From NCBI GenBank assembly GCA_031547815.1, contig JAVBRP010000220.1, positions 1-29,941 of the forward strand: 29,941 nucleotides of DNA. Direction: 5' to 3'. The stretch comes from Bacteroidales bacterium (GTDB lineage: Bacteria > Bacteroidota > Bacteroidia > Bacteroidales > UBA4181). The notes beneath the pieces are model-generated. The model was not told where the DNA came from and made no database searches. It saw only the letters and a program-made list of their open reading frames with translations. This document shows positions 1-8,080 of the stretch, one piece after another; within the stretch, counting starts at the first letter, position 1, and every line of letters begins with the position of its first letter. The translations under genes were made by a program, and so were the position numbers.

Positions 1-345
1 ACCGTTTTCATTACAACTCCCGTTTTGTCTGACGCCCAGACGAAGGAAGCGGTTCAAAAATTCAAAGGCCTTATCGAGGGCGAAGGAGGCAGCATCGTGT
101 ACGAAGAGGATTGGGGCTTGCGCAAGTTGGCTTATCCCATCCAAAAGAAAAGTACAGGCTTTTATTATCTCATTGAATTTAAGTCGGAAGGGACTTTCAT
201 TCAGAAATTGGAAACCGAATTTCGTCGTGACGAGCGCGTGATTCGCTTTTTGACTTTTGCCATGGATAAACACGCCATCGCATACAGCGAAAAAAGAAGA
301 AAAAAGAAACAAGAACAATCGACCGAAAAAACAAAGGAGGAATAG
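1..345 (+). CDS. rpsF: 30S ribosomal protein S6 (5' end truncated by window edge)
   Basis: Frame is open from base 1 ([13 protein letters not shown]...); contains [16 protein letters not shown] and RRDERVIRF, typical of S6; first gene of the rpsF-rpsR-rplI cluster. Confidence 0.97.
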   Translation, partial: TVFITTPVLSDAQTKEAVQKFKGLIEGEGGSIVYEEDWGLRKLAYPIQKKSTGFYYLIEFKSEGTFIQKLETEFRRDERVIRFLTFAMDKHAIAYSEKRRKKKQEQSTEKTKEE

Positions 346-348
346 ATC

Positions 349-621
349 ATGGCACAACAAAATCCGTCTGAAATAAGATATTTAACCCCGGTAACGGTTG
401 ACGTACAACGCAAGAAGTACTGTCGTTTCAAAAGAATGGGAATCAAATATATCGATTATAAAGATCCCGAATTTTTGAAAAAATTCCTGAACGAGCAAGG
501 TAAAATTTTCCCGCGCCGGCTTACCGGCACTTCTTTGAAATACCAAAGAAAAGTGGCTACGGCCATCAAACGCGCACGGCACTTGGCATTGCTTCCGTAT
601 GTTACCGATTTGATGAAATAA
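349..621 (+). CDS. rpsR: 30S ribosomal protein S18
   Basis: [45 protein letters not shown] are S18 motifs; syntenic with rpsF and rplI. Confidence 0.98.
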   Translation: MAQQNPSEIRYLTPVTVDVQRKKYCRFKRMGIKYIDYKDPEFLKKFLNEQGKIFPRRLTGTSLKYQRKVATAIKRARHLALLPYVTDLMK

Positions 622-637
622 AAAGGAGATCGAAGAA

Positions 638-1084
638 ATGGAAATTATATTAAAACAGGATGTAAATAACTTGGGGTCGAAAGACGACGTGGTTACCGTG
701 AAAGACGGTTATGCGCGTAATTTCCTTATTCCTCAAGGCTTAGCGATGATGGCTACCGTGTCGGCAAAAAAAATGTTGGCCGAAAATACCAAGCAACGCG
801 CTCATAAAGAAGCCAAAATAAAAGCAGAAGCCGAAAAAACAGCTTCGAAAATGAACGGTTTGCGGCTTTCCATCGGTGCCAAAACGAGTACCACCGGCAA
901 GATTTTCGGTTCGGTGAATACCATACAAATAGCCGAAGCGTTGCAGGAAAAAGGATTCGAAATCGATCGCAAGAATATCAAGTTGCAGGAAGATCAAATC
1001 AAAGAAGTGGGCGCTTACAAAGCAAAAGTAAAACTTCATAGAGAAGTGTCCGTGGAGATTGAATTTGATGTTATTTCCGAGTAA
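638..1084 (+). CDS. rplI: 50S ribosomal protein L9
   Basis: MEIILKQDVNNLG, VKDGYARNFLIPQG, GKIFGSVN are L9 motifs. Confidence 0.98.
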   Translation: MEIILKQDVNNLGSKDDVVTVKDGYARNFLIPQGLAMMATVSAKKMLAENTKQRAHKEAKIKAEAEKTASKMNGLRLSIGAKTSTTGKIFGSVNTIQIAEALQEKGFEIDRKNIKLQEDQIKEVGAYKAKVKLHREVSVEIEFDVISE

Positions 1085-1101
1085 ATAAAAATATCGTTGT
1101 G

Positions 1102-1134
1102 AAGGCATCAAAAACATTTTTGATGCCTTTTTTT
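1102..1134 (+). terminator. Intrinsic terminator after rplI
   Basis: AAGGCATCAAAAA (1102-1114) / TTTTTGATGCCTT (1117-1129) inverted repeat followed by a T run to 1134. Confidence 0.85.
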
Positions 1135-1155
1135 ACACCGTATAATCAAGAAAAC

Positions 1156-2565
1156 ATGTTAACTGTCGAAAAAATAGGTGGCACCTCCATGTCGAAATTT
1201 CATGATGTGTTGCACAATATCGTGTTGGGAGACAGAACTCCGGATCAACTGTACAACCGTATTTTTGTGGTGTCGGCATACAACAACGTGACCAATTGGT
1301 TGTTGGAACACAAAAAATCGGGTCAGCCCGGTATCTACACCATTTTTTATAATAACGAGGATTACGAAACGGCATTGGACGAGCTTTCGGGCAAGTTGAT
1401 CGAAATCAATCGCCAATTCGAGGACATCAAGCTGTCGCAAGCCGAAGCCGATCTGTTTATCAAGAAACGGATCGCCCAGGCGCGGAACTACCTCAACAGC
1501 ATGGCCAAAGTGGTGGCTTCGGGGTATGTCAATAAAAAAGACATTTATTTGGCGGCGCGCGAAATATTGGCCTCTATCGGCGAAGCGCATTCGGCGTTCA
1601 ACTCGGTGAATATACTGAACAACAACGGCATCAAGGCAACGTTTGTCGATCTTTGCGGATTCTACGATTCGGAGCCGCTTACCATCGACGAGCGTATCAA
1701 GAAGGCATTTCAAAATATCGATTTCTCGAAAACGCTTTGTGTGGCTACCGGCTACACCAAAGGAACGGAAGGCATTATGCGGGCTTTCGACAGGGGGTAT
1801 TCGGAAGTTACGTTCAGCAAGGTAGCCGTAGAAGTGAAAGCCGACGAAGCCATTATCCACAAGGAATATCATCTTTCGAGCGCCGATCCCAAAATCGTGG
1901 GCGAAGACAAATGCGTTCCCGTGGGGCACACGAGTTTCATCATTGCCGATCAGTTGGCGGACATCGGCATGGAAGCCATCCATCCGAAAGCCGCGAAACC
2001 GTTAGAAATGAACGGGATCAATATTCGCATCAAGAATACTTTCGAGCCGAAGCATGAAGGGACGTTGATTTCCCGGAATTATATCAGCCCGGTATCCAAA
2101 GTCGAGATTGTTTCGGGAACCGACAAGGTGTCGGCCATCGAAATTTACGATCCTTTGATGGTGGGCGAAGTAGGTTTCGACATGCGGATCATGGAAATAT
2201 TCAGCAATCACGGCGTCAGCTATATTCTGAAAACAACCAATGCCAACTGTATCACGATGGTGGTGTGGGATTCGCCTGACTTGGAGGCTTTGGTGGAAGA
2301 GTTGAACAGTCGTTACGAAGAAGTGGTCACCAAACCGGTGGCGATGGTTTGCTGCATGGGAACGAATATCGCCATTCCGGGCATGTTGGGACGCGCCGCC
2401 AACGCATTGCACGAGTGTTGCATCAATATCGAAGCATTCAGCCAGTCGTTGCGGCAGGTAAACATGCAGTTCGTCATCAACCGCGGGCAATACAAAGAAG
2501 CGATTGTTGCGCTGAACGAAGCGCTGTGCCTCGGCCCCGAACTCGGAACGTGCAAAGTGAAATAA
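1156..2565 (+). CDS. ask: Aspartate kinase, ectoine-associated (Ask_Ect-like) type
   Basis: Starts MLTVEKIGGTSMS; contains YNRIFVVSAY, LLEHKKSGQPG, DRGYSE, HLSSADP and two C-terminal ACT-like regions (SQSLRQVNMQFV). ATG at 1156 is preferred over 1099, which would run through the rplI terminator. Confidence 0.9.
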   Translation: MLTVEKIGGTSMSKFHDVLHNIVLGDRTPDQLYNRIFVVSAYNNVTNWLLEHKKSGQPGIYTIFYNNEDYETALDELSGKLIEINRQFEDIKLSQAEADLFIKKRIAQARNYLNSMAKVVASGYVNKKDIYLAAREILASIGEAHSAFNSVNILNNNGIKATFVDLCGFYDSEPLTIDERIKKAFQNIDFSKTLCVATGYTKGTEGIMRAFDRGYSEVTFSKVAVEVKADEAIIHKEYHLSSADPKIVGEDKCVPVGHTSFIIADQLADIGMEAIHPKAAKPLEMNGINIRIKNTFEPKHEGTLISRNYISPVSKVEIVSGTDKVSAIEIYDPLMVGEVGFDMRIMEIFSNHGVSYILKTTNANCITMVVWDSPDLEALVEELNSRYEEVVTKPVAMVCCMGTNIAIPGMLGRAANALHECCINIEAFSQSLRQVNMQFVINRGQYKEAIVALNEALCLGPELGTCKVK

Positions 2566-2629
2566 GACGTGTAAGACCATGGGATTGGGAAAATGTGAAT
2601 AGCCTTATCGATTGGGCAAATAGCTTTTA

Positions 2630-3607
2630 TTATCCTTTGAAAATGCTTATTCGATGATAGTCAAGATAAGACTCTCTTCCTTCAACAGGCAACATTGGAT
2701 AGTGTTTATTGGGGGCAATATTTAGTCTTGAACAAGTCATTTTCGATAGCCATGGGGATATTTTAATTTTCTTGTCATTTGTGAATGTAATAAATCCTCT
2801 ATCAAATAGGAAATCGTATGTTGGGGTAAACATGAATCCATTCTTGGGGTCGATTTTTTCTTTTTCATCTGATTTCACCCATGGTTTTATATGACTTGCT
2901 ATTAACAAACGGTCGTCTGAAACCAATGTTATTGGACAAATGGGGCATTCTTCTAAAAGTGCATGTCTGTATTTACCTTGTCCTTGACGTGCTTTTATTA
3001 TTTTTGCTTTTTCCTCATCGCTGATTTGTTGTTCTTCTATCTTTTCAATTTCTTGTTCGACTACAAATGGGTGTTGCACTTCACCAAAATAATCAACAAA
3101 TAAGCGATAATAATATACAATACCATCGTTGGGGTCTTTGAGCTTAATTGCCGATAAATAGGTAATATTGGGTAATGACAATTCTCTTATTAGATTATAT
3201 CCGCCATCTTTTGAATTGACATACAACCTTGGACCTGCTATTTGAGTTTGTTCAGAAACAGTAAACCAAATAACATCAGGTAAATTGGATATTAATACAA
3301 GGCGTTCTTCATAAAGTTCAGGCATTGCATTTCTGTCTCTATAAAGTTGTTCGGGTTGTTTATACTCTGTTTCACAATCATGTAAATATTGTAATAAATC
3401 TTTTTTGAGTAAAAAACACCGATTTGCAAATCCATGTTGTCCAAAAAAATCTCGATTTTCTTCATTGTCGTTCCCAATATAAAATTTGGCTTCGCCATTA
3501 CCTGAGCCAATTTTATTACTTCTGACAACAAATGAGTCGGCAATTGTAATTTTTTCCTTAGTATCAAGAATTGTGTAATTTACACTTTCAACTTTGATTT
3601 TTCCCAT
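2630..3607 (-). CDS. HNH endonuclease, putative restriction enzyme
   Basis: C-terminal RQGQGKYR...CPICPIT...LLIASHIKPW...NGFMFTPTYDFLFDRGFITF (HNH_2-like); about 180-aa N-terminal domain I cannot assign; starts 2 nt after the MTase stop; AT-rich. Confidence 0.85.
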   Translation of the reverse strand: MGKIKVESVNYTILDTKEKITIADSFVVRSNKIGSGNGEAKFYIGNDNEENRDFFGQHGFANRCFLLKKDLLQYLHDCETEYKQPEQLYRDRNAMPELYEERLVLISNLPDVIWFTVSEQTQIAGPRLYVNSKDGGYNLIRELSLPNITYLSAIKLKDPNDGIVYYYRLFVDYFGEVQHPFVVEQEIEKIEEQQISDEEKAKIIKARQGQGKYRHALLEECPICPITLVSDDRLLIASHIKPWVKSDEKEKIDPKNGFMFTPTYDFLFDRGFITFTNDKKIKISPWLSKMTCSRLNIAPNKHYPMLPVEGRESYLDYHRISIFKG

Positions 3608-3609
3608 AA

Positions 3610-5121
3610 TTATCTGCCAAATTTTGTTATGTCTATTTGTTTTAATATAGCAATCAGGACATCAACAACAATACTGTTGCCTGCTTGCCGATACATTTGC
3701 GTGTCGCTGACTACTTGTCTAAAGTTGTCTCTAAAGCCCATTAAGCGTAAACATTCTTTTGGGGTCAGTTTTCGAATTCTACCCTTGTTATGAGTTACAT
3801 AATTATCTATACCTGCACGATGCATTTTGTGCATAGTTTGCAAAAGTGGGCGAGCAATTTTTAAATCAGTTTTTGTACTTGTTTTAAAGTTCTTTGTTCC
3901 ACCTGCTAATACATAATCGCGGATATTATCCGATAAATAATATTTTTCTTCTACTGTATTTACATCAAAAATAAATTCATCGAATTCGCTGTCGTTTACA
4001 ATTTCAAAAACAAAATCGCCATGCCAATTGAATTGTTGATTTGCTTTTTGGCATAGCGCAACATCTCCGTTTATTTGAGTATATCTCTTATTTTTATTCT
4101 TTGAGCTGGTAACGAATTTTATACCTTTTTCTTTGAGGTAATACTTTGAATCAGTATAATCTTCAAGAAAATCTTGCATAGTAGACTCTAATTTGATTTT
4201 ACAAGGAAAGTTATATCGAATATTATGGTCTTTAAATCCAATGACAATTATTCGTTCTCTGTTTTGCGGAATTCCATAATCCTTACTATTTAAGACTTGA
4301 TGATACGTTTTATAACCTAATTCATCAAATACATCTTTTACCACTTGCCAAGTTTTTCCATTGTCATGGTTTATTAACCCTTTTACATTTTCGTATATAA
4401 AAACTTGGGGCTGTGTTTCATTAACAACTCTTGCAAAATCATAAAACAGAGTGCCTCTAATATCTTCTAATCCCTTTCTTTTTCCAACCATTGAAAATGC
4501 TTGGCAAGGACTTCCTCCTACTAATAAGTCTATCTCTCCTTTATATTTTTTTGCTGAAAATTTAGTAACATCATTATGCCAATCTTTTGGGTTGATATTG
4601 TAATTTGCAAAATAACTTTGCTTTACATGAGGGTCTATATCTCCTGCGAAAACAATAGGGTGATTAAGTTTTAATCGTTGAAAAGCATGTTCTATGGCTC
4701 CAATACCACTAAACAATGTGCCAATTTTGATTTCGGCGTTCGGATTTGAGAATATTTTTGTTCGCCAATCGTCAATAGGAAATAAATCTAAAATGGGGTA
4801 CTCTATAGTATCCTCTTTCCCTTGACTTTTTGTAAAGTATTCTACTTTTTGTTCAGCCAATTTTAGGACTGAAGTGTCATAGTTATTTTCGCAGAGTTGT
4901 TTTGCAATTTTTTCACTGAGTAATTCTTTTTGCATTACGCTATAATTCAATTGGAAAATATCGCAAACCTTTGAAAGCCTTTTATTGTCTAATTCCCGTT
5001 TCCCACTTTCAATTTTACTTAGATTAGCAGTATCTATATCAAGAGAATTTGCTAATTGCGACAGGGAAAAGCCTCTATTTATCCGCAAACTTTTCAGGTA
5101 TTGTCCGAATGTAAAGTCCAT
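3610..5121 (-). CDS. XRE-HTH-fused DNA (cytosine-5)-methyltransferase
   Basis: C5-MTase motifs I (LFSGIGA), IV (GGSPCQAFS), VI (YENVKG), VIII (QNRER), IX (RKLTPKECLRLMGF) and X (YRQAGNSI). N-terminal FGQYLKSLR...SQLANSLDIDTANLSKIESGKR is an XRE-type HTH. Start placed at 5121 because a TAnnTTTG promoter element lies inside the longer 5181 ORF. Confidence 0.93.
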   Translation of the reverse strand: MDFTFGQYLKSLRINRGFSLSQLANSLDIDTANLSKIESGKRELDNKRLSKVCDIFQLNYSVMQKELLSEKIAKQLCENNYDTSVLKLAEQKVEYFTKSQGKEDTIEYPILDLFPIDDWRTKIFSNPNAEIKIGTLFSGIGAIEHAFQRLKLNHPIVFAGDIDPHVKQSYFANYNINPKDWHNDVTKFSAKKYKGEIDLLVGGSPCQAFSMVGKRKGLEDIRGTLFYDFARVVNETQPQVFIYENVKGLINHDNGKTWQVVKDVFDELGYKTYHQVLNSKDYGIPQNRERIIVIGFKDHNIRYNFPCKIKLESTMQDFLEDYTDSKYYLKEKGIKFVTSSKNKNKRYTQINGDVALCQKANQQFNWHGDFVFEIVNDSEFDEFIFDVNTVEEKYYLSDNIRDYVLAGGTKNFKTSTKTDLKIARPLLQTMHKMHRAGIDNYVTHNKGRIRKLTPKECLRLMGFRDNFRQVVSDTQMYRQAGNSIVVDVLIAILKQIDITKFGR

Positions 5122-5152
5122 ATCTTTGTCATTTATTCGACAAAGATATGGA
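5117..5152 (-). promoter_or_regulatory. Bacteroidota sigma-A -7 element embedded in a 14-bp perfect inverted repeat (candidate operator) overlapping the MTase ATG
   Basis: TCCATATCTTTGTC (5117-5130), 8-nt spacer, GACAAAGATATGGA (5139-5152). Minus-strand TATCTTTG at 5148-5141 matches TAnnTTTG; ATG at 5121-5119. Confidence 0.7.
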
Positions 5153-5224
5153 ATATTTTTAAACTCAGTCGTATTTTTCATAGGACTTATTCCTAAATTA
5201 CACTGTTCCTGCTCGCTGCCTCAT

Positions 5225-5306
5225 GTCCAACGTGTTTGCCGCTGCTTTTGAGGTGGGTTGCGAGACACACTGTTGTCTGCCAAAACGGACGGTAGGTGAT
5301 GTGGGT
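5225..5306 (-). other. Possible degenerate attC-like cassette recombination site
   Basis: Minus strand reads ...ACCCACATCACCTACC...GCAGACAAC-agtgtgtctcgc...gcggcaaacac-GTTGGAC: an imperfect hairpin closed by AAC/GTT, GC-richer than the flanks, just upstream of the R-M genes. Confidence 0.3.
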
Positions 5307-5373
5307 ATAAATCGATTTCAACTCGCCTAATAAAGACAGGCGTTATTGGATCGGGGGAACTTCGGATCAAGTG

Positions 5374-5381
5374 CAAAAGTA
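5374..5381 (-). promoter_or_regulatory. Candidate sigma-A -7 element pointing toward the R-M genes
   Basis: Minus strand TACTTTTG(CAC) matches TAnnTTTG; no clear -33 element seen. Confidence 0.4.
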
Positions 5382-5463
5382 TATTGTGATATGAAATTTT
5401 ATATCTGTTTATGCACTGACGAGCAATTTAATTCTTCTTGCATGCCCAATTTTACTGACGTTT

Positions 5464-5510
5464 TTCCCCTAACGGGGAATTTTAGTCGCCGAAATTATCC
5501 GTTAGGATAA
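5464..5510. repeat. Pair of inverted REP-like mini-hairpins downstream of gmk
   Basis: TTCCCC-TAAC-GGGGAA (5464-5479) and TTATCC-GTTA-GGATAA (5495-5510). The second is the reverse complement of the first with compensatory stem changes. Confidence 0.55.
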
Positions 5511-5576
5511 CCTCATCAATAGATAGAAATCGCCTCAAACCAATGATTGCCCGTAGGGCATCAACTCTTGAAAAAA

Positions 5577-6194
5577 TTAGAGAAATTTTTTACCAACATA
5601 TTTTTTGTCTTGATCCAAAACTTCCCTTTGTCTTCTTATGAATTCCTCGATGGCTTCGATTGCTTCTTTTTGAGCGTTCTCCAAACGGTCGTTGATGATG
5701 ATGCGGTCGAATTCGGGAGCGAATGTCAGTTCGTATTCCGCTTTGGCGATCCGTTGGCGGATTTTTTCTTCGCTGTCGGTGGAACGGGCTATCAATCGGC
5801 GTTCCAACTCTTCTACCGACGGCGGCTCCACAAAGACGGCCAATGCTCGATCGCCGAATCGTTTTTTCAAGGCAATGCCGCCTTTCACGTCCACGTCGAA
5901 CAGCACGTGCTTGCCTTCGGCCCAAATGCGATCGACTTCGCTGCGCAACGTTCCGTAATAACTGCCTTCGTACACTTCTTCCCATTCCACGAAGTCGCCC
6001 TTGTCGATATGTTCGCGAAATTCGGGAACCGTCAAGAAATAATAGTCGCGGCCGTTTGTTTCGCCTTGCCGCATCGGCCGCGTACAGGCCGATACGGAAA
6101 AAGCCAGCGGCAAGTCGCTTTGCAGAACGTGTTTTACCAAAGTCGTTTTACCCGCGCCCGACGGAGCGGAAAAAATAATCAGTTTCCCGGACAT
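5577..6194 (-). CDS. gmk: Guanylate kinase
   Basis: SAPSGAGKTT P-loop, SACTRPMRQGE-NGRDYYF, YYGT, FDVDVKG, FVEPPS. Confidence 0.97.
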   Translation of the reverse strand: MSGKLIIFSAPSGAGKTTLVKHVLQSDLPLAFSVSACTRPMRQGETNGRDYYFLTVPEFREHIDKGDFVEWEEVYEGSYYGTLRSEVDRIWAEGKHVLFDVDVKGGIALKKRFGDRALAVFVEPPSVEELERRLIARSTDSEEKIRQRIAKAEYELTFAPEFDRIIINDRLENAQKEAIEAIEEFIRRQREVLDQDKKYVGKKFL

Positions 6195-6195
6195 C

Positions 6196-7071
6196 TTACA
6201 ACACGTTCAATATTTGTTCTTTCACCTTTTCCAGTTCGTCTTTCATTTGAATGACAACCTGTTGCATTTCGGCATTGTTGGCTTTGGAACCGATGGTGTT
6301 GATTTCGCGTCCCATTTCCTGAGCGATGAATCCGAGTTTTTTGCCCACGCCGCCGTTTTCCTTCATCGTCGATACGAAATAAGTGCAATGGTTGCGCAAA
6401 CGAACTTTTTCCTCGTTGATGTCGATTTTTTCGAGATAATAAATCAATTCCTGCTCGAAACGGTTTTGGTCGATGGTGTTTTCGCCGACGTATTCGATCA
6501 GATTCTGGCGCAAGCGGGTTTTGATAATTTCCATGCGTTGCCCTTCAAATTTCTCGATTTCGGTGATGCTCGATTCGATGAGCTTGATCCGGCTCGAAAT
6601 GTCATCCGATAAGGCAATACCTTCCTGATTCCTGAATTTATTGACTTGCGCCAATGCTTGTTGTATCCCGTTGAGCAGCATCGACCATTCCTCTTCGTCG
6701 GGTTCCTGCCTGTCGGTTTTCAAAACGTCGGGCATGCGCACGATGGCGCTCAGAATATCGTCGGGAAACGGGATGTTGTTTTGCGCGGCGATGTTGACCA
6801 ATTGCGCGTAATAGTTTTTGATGGCCGTTTCGTTGAACTGCGTTGTCGTATCTTCCACCGTTTCTTCCACAGACACGTACAGTTCTATTTTTCCGCGTTG
6901 CAGGGCGGCGGCCAACTCGTTTCTTATCTCCAATTCCCGTTCCTTGTACACATTGGGAAGTTTAACGATAATGTCGGCCTGTTTGCTGTTGAGCGTTTTG
7001 ATCTCGACAATCACTTTTCTCTTGTTGTTCGTACATTCGGCCTTGCCGAATCCTGTCATTGATTTTATCAT
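6196..7071 (-). CDS. yicC: YicC/YloC family endoribonuclease
   Basis: MIKSMTGFG start, RGKIE, EEKVRLRNH, GKKLGFIAQEMGREINTIGSKA, EKVKEQILNVL; usual synteny with gmk. Start at 7071 rather than 7167. Confidence 0.95.
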   Translation of the reverse strand: MIKSMTGFGKAECTNNKRKVIVEIKTLNSKQADIIVKLPNVYKERELEIRNELAAALQRGKIELYVSVEETVEDTTTQFNETAIKNYYAQLVNIAAQNNIPFPDDILSAIVRMPDVLKTDRQEPDEEEWSMLLNGIQQALAQVNKFRNQEGIALSDDISSRIKLIESSITEIEKFEGQRMEIIKTRLRQNLIEYVGENTIDQNRFEQELIYYLEKIDINEEKVRLRNHCTYFVSTMKENGGVGKKLGFIAQEMGREINTIGSKANNAEMQQVVIQMKDELEKVKEQILNVL

Positions 7072-7150
7072 TGTCAATTTATTTAAGTCATTCACATGAT
7101 CGTTTCCGCAAGCAGTCTCGCGTGTACGATGGTATCTCAAAATTTGAGAC

Positions 7151-7267
7151 CGCTCCGAAAACACCAATTGCGCCGGTTCACCCCCGACCCCTAAAGAGCT
7201 ACGGTATACCGCGCTTTGCGAAAGTCCCCTTTAGGGAATTTAGGGGTAAAATCGAGTTTTCGGAGCG
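7151..7267. repeat. 117-bp REP/MITE-like element in the yicC leader
   Basis: 12-bp perfect terminal inverted repeat CGCTCCGAAAAC (7151-7162) / GTTTTCGGAGCG (7256-7267), enclosing ACCCCTAAA...AAGTCCCCTTTAGGGAATTTAGGGGT palindromic units. Confidence 0.6.
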
Positions 7268-7384
7268 AACACAATCATTACATTTCGATTGAGTAAAAAA
7301 TGTAAAAATATATAAAATATTCCGATAGTTGTTGCGGGTTAATATTTTTTATACCTTTACATCGTAACTTTATCATTCGGATTA

Positions 7385-8080
7385 TTGAAAAAGTACATTA
7401 TATATATCATCCTTGCTTTTGCAGGATTGCAATTGTCATCTGCGCAGGAAATACTGGTGCAGTGGACGGGGGTTGTGCGTAACGACCTGCTGGAGCCGAT
7501 TCCTTTTGCTCACATCATCGTGCAAAAGGATTTTCGCGGGACGGTGAGCGATCCGCAAGGGATGTTTACGATCATCACTTATCCGAGCGATACATTATAT
7601 GTATCGTGCGTCGGATACAAAGCGCGCAAGATTCCCGTTCCGAAGCTGACCGTCGACGATTCGAAGCACTACATCAAGGATATTGTTTTGGATCCCGATA
7701 CGATCATGCTCAGCGAGGTGGTGATATTTCCGTGGAAAACCTATAAGGAATTCAAGGATGCTTTTATGGCGCTCGATTTGCCCGAAGACGACATGCAGCG
7801 GGCTTATCGGAACATCGCCATTATTCAGGATCAGATTTACAATGCCATTGCGAATCGAACGGCAAGTCCCACCGCCAATTTCAGGGATGTCATGACAAGC
7901 CGCACCGACCGCATGATGACATACGGGCACATGTATCCGACCTATTCGATAACCAATCCGCTTGCTTGGGCAAAATTTTTCAGTGCGTTGCGAAACGGGG
8001 AGTTCAAGAAAAAAGAAAATACATCCGAAAAGAAGCAATCGATGGTTGATGAAATAAAGAAGGAGAATTCCGATCAATGA
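7385..8080 (+). CDS. Exported protein with carboxypeptidase-regulatory-like (CarbopepD_reg_2) domain
   Basis: TTG start, signal peptide MKKYIIYIILAFAGLQLSSAQ, then TGVV...EPIPFAHI...GTVSDPQGMF...DTLYVSCVGYK...LSEVVI. Confidence 0.8.
   Translation: MKKYIIYIILAFAGLQLSSAQEILVQWTGVVRNDLLEPIPFAHIIVQKDFRGTVSDPQGMFTIITYPSDTLYVSCVGYKARKIPVPKLTVDDSKHYIKDIVLDPDTIMLSEVVIFPWKTYKEFKDAFMALDLPEDDMQRAYRNIAIIQDQIYNAIANRTASPTANFRDVMTSRTDRMMTYGHMYPTYSITNPLAWAKFFSALRNGEFKKKENTSEKKQSMVDEIKKENSDQ

Noticed and set aside
1120-1146. TTGATG...TATAAT, resembling an E. coli sigma-70 promoter for ask
   Set aside because: The spacing is 15 nt, the -35 lies in the terminator stem, and the Bacteroidota primary sigma uses TAnnTTTG.
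5122-5181. Longer MTase start at 5181
   Set aside because: This stretch contains the TAnnTTTG promoter element, and the HTH domain begins right after Met at 5121.
5577-5640. About 19-aa C-terminal extension of Gmk
   Set aside because: Variable tails are common in this family, and there is no evidence of a frameshift or fusion.
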